The notes below the pieces were generated by a model that saw nothing but the letters and a program-made list of their open reading frames with translations, ran no database searches and had not been told where the DNA came from. Shown here in pieces: positions 54,793-64,000 of a DNA stretch of 64,000 nt. This DNA is from Paraspadella gotoi (taxonomy: Eukaryota > Animalia > Chaetognatha): the NCBI GenBank assembly GCA_051294375.1, contig CM119263.1, forward strand, positions 20,426,115 to 20,490,114, given 5' to 3'. Numbering within the stretch: the first letter of the stretch is position 1; each line of letters starts with the position of its first letter. Both the position numbers and the translations under genes were made by a program.

Positions 54793-57251
54793 ATGGTACT
54801 CCATAGGTGTCTCCCATACCACTGACGTTGAAAATTTAGTTCCATCCTCCTATTGGTGATCATTTTTACTTCCACATTCTTTGCAACGTTTCTAAGTAAA
54901 AATTAGAACCTGCACTTACTTGAACAGTTCCTAGACAAAATGGGAACGAAAAAGAATTTTATTTAGCGCATCATGGTTCTTTAAAATATAATACAGGTAA
55001 GTTTGATTTATCTTAAAATTTAAAAAAAAAAATTGAAATAAAAGACAACTAAAACAAAATTAAATTTAATTCATAATGATGGTCATAATATAATAACCTG
55101 ATATACCTATGGCTCCAAATAAATAATTGAGAAAACAAATAAAAATGTGTAGACAAGCCGTTAAGTAGGCTGAAGATGGCCATCCGTAACTTCTACGTGC
55201 GAAGTGCTACAATGTGAGGTTCAAGCACATAATATAGTATAGTATATTGTTGTAAAGTATAGAGAAATTACTTAAAGTTGGCAATGTTCTTTGCAATCTT
55301 CAATTGCTCATATATCATTTAATTCTTAAATAACGTTGTAATCTGTCGACAAATCACTTTAGTCCGACTCAGCAAAATGACGGGCGGAACTTCCTTCGCT
55401 GTCTTCCTGATAGCCCTTGCGACGCCACAAGGAATTTTGACAGAATTTTGTGACCCTTATGTGGACAGACAAGGCCAACTCCAGGAAGGATTTAGATGTC
55501 CAGTCAAAGAAATTGTCCCGAGGTAAAGAAACTTCTGGCATACTTCTTTATATGAGCATTTTGGTACTAACGCATTTTGTCCTCATAGCGGTGGGAAAAA
55601 TTTCAACGGAGAAGAATCATACTGTTGTGGTTCCTGCATCTACAAATTCTGCTGTAACACTATCGAAAATAGAGTCGATCAAAGCGACTGTGAGCTCGGT
55701 AATCTTCGAGCACCACAGCGCCCGATGGTCCCGAAACCAGAGAATGTATCTACGACGAGCAAGGCAAAGATTCCGAGATTAAAGGAGAAAGTTAAGGAAT
55801 TTGAGGTCATTGACCCTATGGACGAAGGTGGAACGGGAAAAGTTGGTGGCAATATTATCGAGGAAAAAGACCCGGAAAAGGGATTTGTGGAAATCGTCAA
55901 AGACGGCGTGAAGATAAAATTGGATCAAGCGATTGACAAAGCTAAAGATGGAGATATCGGTTAGTTGATAACTCATGCATGCATAAAGCATATAGTAATA
56001 CATTCATCAAGTAACTAATATCGTTCCTTACAGGCGATGTTATTGGCGTCATAGTTACAGTCTCCGTGTTGGCCATTATAGTTGTGGCTTGCTTAATAAT
56101 GTGCGTTGTCTGCTGTTGCCGTAAATCAAAATCACGGCGTCACTTGTATCGTGGTCCAGGAGGATCAATTCAGGTTAAGCGAAGCTTAAGTTCAGCATCG
56201 CTTCACCATGACGCTGCTGCTGTCGCCGCCGCAGCCAAAGCCGATGCAAAGCGTCATTCGGCTCTTTACCCTTCGATACCGAATACTCCACTCACCGCCA
56301 GCAGATACTCATCGGCGGGCCGACTCTCAAAGGTAATATTAGTATACCAAAAAAAATGTTTTAGTTTTAGCCATGCTCTAATGAAAGGCGAAACATGTAA
56401 CCTGTAAAGTGAAGATTTTTTGCTAACATTAAAAATATTCGAACTCTTTTTTTATAAAGGTGCGCAACTACATTTCTTACTCGTTGCCCCATTCGCGCGG
56501 TCGCGAGCCTCGTCAGCCGCTGTGGGGCCCCGGAGGTAGTCGCAAATCTTTCAATGCGCAAGCTTTTTTTTCGCGGCAGCAAATGCGCAATTTACAAGAT
56601 CGCTATAACGAAGGCGGCAACGATTCAGACGGATCGGGTACAGCTACACCATCCCCTGTTCGACGTCCAAATCGTAAGGCTCTCAATCACTGTAACACAA
56701 TGCATGGCGGCGGCGTGTGCACTTGCCATGGCGCGCCCTACAGCAACCATGGGGGATGCGGTGGCGCGTGTGCTAACAATCACGCTCCAGGCACATGCGG
56801 GGGTGGAGGTGTGAGGCCTCAGTCCTGTTGCGTATCAGGCGCCAACGGGGGACCTGGAGGCTATTCCAATTATCCTCCACCTCCAAATATGACCGGTAAT
56901 TATTTGCCACAAAATGGAATGATACCCCAGGCTTTTGCCAATCCATATGCTTGTCCATACCCGAATCCGAATCAGTTTTCTCAAAATCAGTCTAGCGGGA
57001 TGGGTAATCCTGGAAATTTGCCACCCAGTATGATTGCTTCATACCCACCCCCAAATCAGACCCCTGCTATGTCACCTTTCGCGTCTAATTTATATCCTCA
57101 AGTAAGTCAGGCACTGAATGATATGGCAAATAATGGAGTAAATAATATCGCCTCAACTCCTGTTCCTGAGAATGAAGGAACACAGCCGACAGCGCCGCCT
57201 CCAACTGGCTCACTGACACAACCCCCAGCATTTAATCCACACTATGTTTAA
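54793..57251 (+). CDS. Shisa-family single-pass membrane protein
   Basis: Exons (54793-54806 and 54840-54895 tentative), 54928-54996, 55444-55522, 55589-55959, 56034-56332, 56460-57251. EFCDPYVDRQGQLQEGFRCP...YCCGSCIYKFCCNTIENRVDQSDC, then a TM segment ending CVVCCCRK and a Pro/Tyr-rich tail. Confidence 0.88.
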
Positions 57252-57706
57252 AAATTGAACGATTGTAACTGCGTATGTAAATGGCAGCTTCTGCAGTTTA
57301 CGTTTAATCTGAAGTTCCCTTAATAATAGTTAACTTGAATAATAGGACTTTTAGCAGAATAACGGTTATCAAGTCATTTAATTAAAAAAACTCGCTCAAT
57401 CCAATAAAGATTTTCTCAAGACAAACGTACAAAATAAAACAAATATAAATGTTTTCCAAAATTCTAATTTTGAAAAATTCATGTAAGAAATCTTGAAAAC
57501 AAATTATATAATATTTAACACTTATCGTAAAAACATGTTTGATCCAAATAAATACAAGTTACAATTAAATTTGTTTCCAAATTAAATAAAAATACGACAC
57601 GGAGTGAAATGAAAAGAGTTGTGATGACTCTTAACTTACTCAATATGATTTAAATTTGATTATTGTATGAGTTAAAAAACTCAGTTCTTATAAAACATTT
57701 GCTTTC

Positions 57707-58571
57707 AGCAGATCCCAACTCTATAATTCACTTTGTCGGTCCGTCGGTCCGCCCCCTCAATCTTGTCGGGCATTCACTTATATCATGTCAGAACATCGAA
57801 TTATGATAAATTATGTATTTTTGACTTTCTTTTTTGCTATTTAAGACTCGTAACACTAAGAGTCGAAACATGTACAATAATAAAAAAATAAAAATTGCTA
57901 TTACAATGAATTTTTCGTTTCATCTCTAAAGATAAATTATGCAAAAAAAATGATGTCCGTCCGTCCGTCCGTCCCACCTTAGCAAAAAACACCCATTACT
58001 CGTGATTGGATGGATGGATTGGAATGAAATTTTGTGTGTGGGTAGGGAAGTGTGTGATTGAGCTGGATATGAAGTTTCGATTGGAATTGTCCGAGTGGAA
58101 ATGAGTTTAAGTGGAAAAAACAAAAAAATATATTTCACTATTTGAACACCAATTACTCATAAAGTATGGGTCGATTGACTTGAAATTTTGTATTTGGGTA
58201 GAAATGTGTGTGATTAAACTGGAAATAAAGTTTCGATGGAATTGTTTGAGTGGAAATGAGTTTAAATAGAAAAAACAAAGAACCTGTTTCACGAATTGAT
58301 TATGCTTCTTTTTTTTATTTTAAATGTAAATGCAAGATGTATTAATTAATAAAATAATTAATCAGTTAATTAATCAATTAGTCATTAATTAATCAATAAT
58401 TAATTAATCAGTTAATTAATCAAAATAAACATTCTGGATAAAATTAATTAATTAATTGCATAATTAATTAAATAATTACCTTGAATAAATTAATTATTTA
58501 ATTAATTAATTAATTAATTAATTACCGATAATGATTGTGGGCAGATCCGACATTGTTTGCTCAAACTTGTT
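57707..58571 (+). mobile_element. Family A Helentron/DINE-like element carrying an inserted Penelope-like fragment
   Basis: Same termini as 32322-33270. Insertion at 57816-57930 is flanked by TSD GATAAATTATG. Confidence 0.75.
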
Positions 58572-60112
58572 ATTCTTTTATTTGATTTATTTTTTTATTT
58601 GAATTCTTTTAGTTAATCAAACCTAATGTTAAAAAAATTAAGATGAATATTTTAATTTCTTTTATATTCATTAGTATGTTTTGGGAGTAAGCAAAAAATT
58701 CTTATTAATATATTTCAAGGTTTAGTAGGGTAACCGGCTCCTGCCATATTACTATTCTTTTTTAATTTTTTATCAAAGCTAATTTTTTATTTTCTATGAT
58801 TTAACTAGAAAAATTATAAAATAAAAAACGCTGTCATTGTGGCCGTGAATAAGTTTTTGAAACCCTGATTACTCAGACAGATATTTATAAGATGAACCCA
58901 AATTTTTCAACAATTCACAAATATATCCTAGAAATACATTGTAGAATACAGTAAGGTCTAATTCAAATAAAAAATTTTATTTTTTAAAAAATCGACAATA
59001 GCATTGATAAGCTCATAACTAAAAAAGTAAGCAAGTTAGACTACCGGGAATTAAAAAATAAAAAATGTCAGCAACTTTTTTGCCAGGGAGCAAAATCTAA
59101 AGTTGCTATAACAAATGATTTAGCCACAGTATTTGATCTTTTCATTTCACTCCAATTTAAAATCCGTGTATTTGACATAATAAAAAAGGAGCGTCCTTAT
59201 CTAAATTAACTCACCAGAACATCACTTTTTTATTAGGAGATTTAAGACAATTGGATTTGAAAATTGGAACTGCTTACCTGAAATATGCTTTTTTTGTTTT
59301 TGCTATGTTAAATATACCGTCGTAACTATTCGAAATTCTAAACTTTTGACAGAGATCTCTAACTCTGTAAAGAGTTTGTTTTTTCTCTGTTGTATTCGAA
59401 AAGGCTACCACGGTTTAATAAAGTACCATAAATGTTCTACACTTATTACTTTCCAATGTGGTCGGTTTTATTGTTTGACATCAACATAGGATCATTGTAT
59501 CGCTGTAGCTAAGTCAATTCACTAATCATATAAGCCATGCAGGCTAACTTTATAATAAAACTTATTTATTTTAGCATGCATGAACTCCGCAAAAAAGTGT
59601 AACCACAGTTTTATTTTATTTTCAAGTAACTGTATTTGAAATTGTATTTTTAAACCCCTTTCCCCTGTTTATCGTCTATACAATATACCTCCGATCACGA
59701 AGATCCACGCTGTGAATGCTATTTCTAGTCTTTTAGTCATTTAATTCTTATAGTTTTAAGATGTCATTTTTGGAAGCAAAAACTTTTTCGTCGAATTGTA
59801 CATACACTCCATTGAAAGATTATCGTGTAATTGTACGCCGTGCGTCATTACCTGCCATTTTAGTCATTAAAGTAAGTTTTTCCTTGAAGTTAAAGGCTTT
59901 ATTATTTTTTGCGCCCCCAATATTATTTTAGTTATTGAGTGTCTGACATATAAAATTAACTAAGATTTAGCTTTAGGAGTTTTCTAAAGTTATTTACAAA
60001 TATTATTTATTATATTCATCAAAAATAAAAAGGTAATTGCCTTTAAGTTAAATATTGCTTTTAGGTACTATGTAACTCTTGTAACTGTAATTCCTGAGGA
60101 GTAAATTATGAT

Positions 60113-61300
60113 AAAAATCTTAAAAGAATAGGATCGAGCCTACCTTCAATGATAACCAAATATTGATGCGATGATAACCAAAGAATTGATGCAATGATAA
60201 CCAAATATTGATGCGATGCTAACCAATAATTGATGCGATGATAACCAAATGATCGATGTGATGATAACAAAATGATTGATGTGATAATAACCAAATGGTT
60301 GATGCGATGATAGTCATTCATTGATGTGATGAAAATCATTCATTGATTCGATAATAGTCATTCATTGATGCGATGATAGTCATTAATTTATGCAATGAAT
60401 CATTCATCATAAATAAAACAAACAAATGCGTGTATGAGTGAAAGAGAGAAAGAAAGAAAGAGAGAGAGAAAGAAAGAGAATAAATCCACGAAAATCTCGG
60501 ATGTAAATTTGGGATTTTGCATTGAGAAAAAAGCGCGGAATAAATGGCGATAATAAAAGTTTTTAAAAGGAAAAAAATAATCAAAATTTTTCAAAAAACG
60601 ATCACGCAAGAGATCGTACAGCGAGAGAGAGAGAGACAGAAAGAGACGGAGAGTGAGAGAGAAAGCTGGGCAGCCACTGGAAGGCAGCTGTACAGTCACT
60701 GCACACTAATTTGGATATTATAATGAGTATTATAATCTCATTTGCATATTGCAGTAAATCATAATGAAGTGGAAATTCAAACAGAAAATACTTAAATCCA
60801 AATGTAATAAAAAAATACAAAGCTATTTCAAGATGAGAAGCCATATCTAAATTTTTAACTTACTATGATCGCACACTTTTATAAAACTTCATTAGAGAAA
60901 GCATAGAATTTTGAATTTTTAACAACGATTTTTAATTAATAGTTGGACATGTTTCGGCTTGTTTACTTCAAGCCTTCATCAGCATATGACATTCAATAAT
61001 AAATTTTGTGTAAAAGAAGAGTGTGTGAGAGAGAGAGAGAGAGGGTAAAAGTTTTTCCAACAAAGTGGTGAGACAGAATAGTGGTCAGATGTGAGGACAG
61101 GTTGAAGGTGAGGGCAGATTGAGTGAGTTGTGAAAAGAAGTGAAACTTCTTAGAGAGAGAGAGAGAGAGAAAGAAACAAAACTTCATTGTAATTTATAAT
61201 AATTTTTATTTTAAAAAAATTGGTAAGTCCCAGCCAAAACTATAAAAGCGTAGTAGTTTTTATATAAAAATGCGTGACGCCGACGACGACGATGACGACG
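60113..61300 (-). mobile_element. Family B Helentron/DINE-like element
   Basis: Reverse complement aligns with 39170-39990 and 42240-42589. Confidence 0.75.
60894..61177 (-). mobile_element. Penelope-like remnant with a minimal hammerhead ribozyme (60942-60988)
   Basis: 11-bp TSD AAAACTTCATT (60883-93 and 61178-88). The empty site is visible in the host-element copy at about 39280-39310. Reverse complement reads CTGATGA-A-GGCTTG..CAAGCC-GAAAC-AT-GTC. Confidence 0.85.
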
Positions 61301-61891
61301 ATTGGAGCCTAAATTATTAAAAAACCAGTTACATGAAGAGGTGAAATTGAAAATGACGAAAAAGAAGTAATTTAATTCTTCTTTCATCAGAAATCTCAGA
61401 TTCCAATTCAGTAGACTTAAAGGACTTGATCCTGTCTCTCTTTATTGAAATAAGGTAACAGAAGCAAATCTTTGACATCTAATTTAAAATGAGAAACTTT
61501 CATCTTTTTTATTTTCTGTCTTGACCTATTAATATTTTGTCATTAAATTTAATCATCTTATCTTTTTTTCATCACTTTTGTCTTGAAAAGGATCCTTTCC
61601 AGGCATCTGATTAACAAACTTCTTGAGGCCATCTTTTGTGATTGATTTCATCATCAGCGTTATACATTGCACAATTTAAATATTTTCACTGTATCTCTCT
61701 CTCTCTCTTTTTCACCATTTCACTTCTTTTCACATCTTACTCTATCTTTACTCAACTTCAGCCTGTCCTCACCAATTGACCACTGTCCTTTCTAAAATCT
61801 GTGTTGGAAACTTTGCCCTCTCTCTCTCTCTCAGTTTATCTCTCTTTCTCTTTTCCTTTACACAAAAATAAATTTAAAAATCACAAATGTT

Positions 61892-61934
61892 AACGCTGAT
61901 GAAGGCTTGCAAGCAAAGCCGAAACATGTCTGTT
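61892..61934 (+). ncRNA. Minimal type I hammerhead ribozyme within a Penelope-like repeat (about 61690-62020)
   Basis: aacg-CTGATGA-A-GGCTT-gcaagca-AAGCC-GAAAC-AT-GTC^tgtt. Helix I aacg/tgtt, intact core, AATAAA 10 nt downstream. Confidence 0.88.
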
Positions 61935-62153
61935 TTTGCTAATAAAATCAAATCGTTGTCACACTCCAAATCAAACTTTCTGTAACTACTTCAAACAACG
62001 AAAAAGAAAGGATTTATATCACAAAAGAATTCATGTACTACTGTATTTAAGGCAAATAAGTAAAATTATGTATTTATCCTGATGCATTTTTCAGATGAAC
62101 CCATTCCCATCATTTTAAGATAATTCATTCACGAGATAATCGACTTACAAGTA

Positions 62154-62384
62154 TGGTGGACTAAAACCCACCAACCGTTCATCAGTGGCCATTGGTGCCG
62201 GAGGCAAGTCATTCGCCTCCCAACCCAAAGGTCCGGGGTTCTAGCCCGGTGGTCGTCTGGCAGTTAAGAGGGACGGGGCGCTTAACCCGCCTGTAACATG
62301 GTGTTACAGCCTGATCCGAAGCTCAGGGACTGCTTATATTGAACGGTTCTATCACTAACTCATAACAATAATTACTGTCTCTTC
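62154..62384 (+). mobile_element. tRNA-derived SINE-like retroposon containing a P5-type twister ribozyme
   Basis: 7-bp TSD ACAAGTA (62147-53 and 62385-91). tRNA-like 62186-62255 (acceptor TGGCCAT/GTGGTCG, B-box-like GGTTCTAGCCC). Twister fold at 62259-62334. Confidence 0.75.
62259..62334 (+). ncRNA. Putative twister ribozyme, circular permutation P5
   Basis: P5 ggcagtt/gactgct; GAGG-GA-CGG; UAA at 62283-85; GCC; P3 tgtaaca/tgttaca; G; P4 cctga/tcagg closing loop UCCGAAGC. Confidence 0.72.
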
Positions 62385-63883
62385 ACAAGTAATATTTTCA
62401 TATTTCTTTATTATTTATTTTTTTTATAATCATTTATTCTTATAATAGTACAAAATTATTCAATATAATTTATTAGAATTAAGTCATATCTACTCCTGTT
62501 TGTAAAAAGTAAAATTAAATAGTTTAAGGCTTTTTTGTAATTAAACTAAATAAGGACAAATGAGAAAAAATAATAAAATCAATTTGAACATTATTCGTTA
62601 TTATTGCAAAAGATAACCTTTTAGATTTAATTTTTTACCAAATATCTTGCAAATATGATGCATTTTTCAAGACCTTTAAGATGAACATATTTTTATCATT
62701 TTAAGATAATTCAATCACGAGATAATCGACTTACAAGTAATATTTTTATACTTCTTTATTATTTATTTCTTTTATAATCATTCTTATAATTGTACAAAAT
62801 TAGTAAATATAATCTATTAGCATTAAGTCACCTCTACTTCTGCTTGTAAAAAGTAAAATTAAATAGTTTAAGGCATTTTTGTAATTAAACTAAATAAAGG
62901 CAAATAATAATAATAAATAAATTTAAACATCTTTACCATTATTCGTTATTATTTCTTTAAATAACCTTTTAGGTTTAATTTTTTCCCAAATATCTTTCAT
63001 AATACTTTTACAAATTTGTAATGTTCTGCCAGAATAAGCTTAAGCCTAATACAAGAATGAAATGTATATAAAAAATAGACAGACAAACCAACCAGACAGA
63101 CAAACTGACCAAAAAGTAACCTATAGAATTTCTCTATGATTACTCGCGGTGTAACTAAAAATGCTGAGCTAGTTATTAAGATAGAAAGATACATATACCT
63201 GAAAGATATATACACCACCTCACTGATATGGAAGCCAGATACTCTAGAAGGGAATAAACGAGACTGTGAGAGAGTTGATTGAAAGCTTTCAGTGACCTGC
63301 TATGCCATTATCTTGTAAGAGTGATAGAGACCTAAATCTATTAAAGCCTGTTTAAAATCATGAGCAATATAACTTAATTATTAAATTAATATATAATTTT
63401 ATATTAGTCGTACCAATTTCATTTAAAGAGGCAAAGAAAGAAAAAGAAATAGAAAGAAAAAAAGAAAGGTAAAACAAGAGATTAGGAAAGAAATAGAGAA
63501 AGAGGGAGAAAAAAAGAAATTAGAATCTCTTGAATTTACAATAATTGCTAGTGATTGCTGAATTTGTAATTTTTGTGAGGAGACTAGAGAAGCAAGTAAA
63601 AGAACGTCTCTAGAAAGTATACAAGTATTCAAGTATACATTGCTGATCTTATAGTTAATGTTTTTGTCTCCTTTGCCCAGGACTTGTAATAACCTCAGAT
63701 TAGACATCCGGGCAAGCAGATTCTTCGGTTACGCTGTCTTCTGTGGTATTTGCGTTATCGTTGCGCCCCTCTTGGTCTTAATCAGATCTCTCTTTCGTTT
63801 CTTGAGAGTCCCAACAGTCGCTCCTCCAAAAAAAAAACTTTATTGGAGAATATTTAGTACAATAATGACTATATATTTATATT

Positions 63884-64000
63884 TTTAGTTGCGCCACGAG
63901 TACTCGCGGAGTAACTCTATTTATAAATCACTTTTCGGTCCGTCGGCATGTCTGTCCGTCGGTCTGTCCTACTTACATTAAAAATGCATATAATTCCCCT
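63884..64000 (+). mobile_element. 5' end of another DINE/Helentron-like element (partial)
   Basis: tttttagttgcgcc...aactctatttataaatcacttttcggtccgtcgg...GTCY repeats, resembling the family A 5' end. Confidence 0.45.

Larger units (their letters stand above)
62081..62996 (+). repeat. Tandem duplication (about 340-bp units); the first unit carries the retroposon insertion
   Basis: Units start gatgcatttttca at 62081 and 62657. Unit 2 shows the empty site cgacttacaagtaatatt. Confidence 0.85.

Noticed and set aside
62186-62255. Functional tRNA-Gly gene
   Set aside because: The anticodon stem is broken, the D-arm is irregular, and it sits inside a TSD-flanked insertion.
63640-63830. Possible terminal exon or LINE fragment
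   Set aside because: Only short open frames with no recognisable motif or splice context.

Overview
This is eukaryotic (invertebrate metazoan) genomic DNA: AT-rich, with GT-AG spliceosomal introns, (GA)n microsatellites and one assembly gap (N, 2980-3004). I reconstructed seven spliced protein-coding genes by hand: the 3' part of a coiled-coil protein (+), a membrane dipeptidase of the M19/DPEP family (-), a divergent class A GPCR (+), a GAF-GAF phosphodiesterase similar to PDE10 (+), IMMP2L (-), a TCF19-like FHA/AT-hook/PHD protein (-) and an 8-cysteine Shisa (+). The first 5.8 kb is a large inverted duplication around the gap and is probably an assembly fold-back. Introns and intergenic DNA hold nested mobile elements: a non-autonomous BEL/Pao LTR element, Helentron/DINE-like elements, Penelope-like remnants carrying minimal hammerhead ribozymes, MITEs and a palindromic satellite. 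The most notable signal is a family of short, TSD-flanked retroposons (62154-62384, 37903-38197, and a decayed copy near 35.3 kb). The best copy joins a tRNA-derived head to a circularly permuted (P5-type) twister-ribozyme fold whose P1 is reduced to a 6-nt palindrome. All family assignments come from motif recognition by eye; no database search was run.
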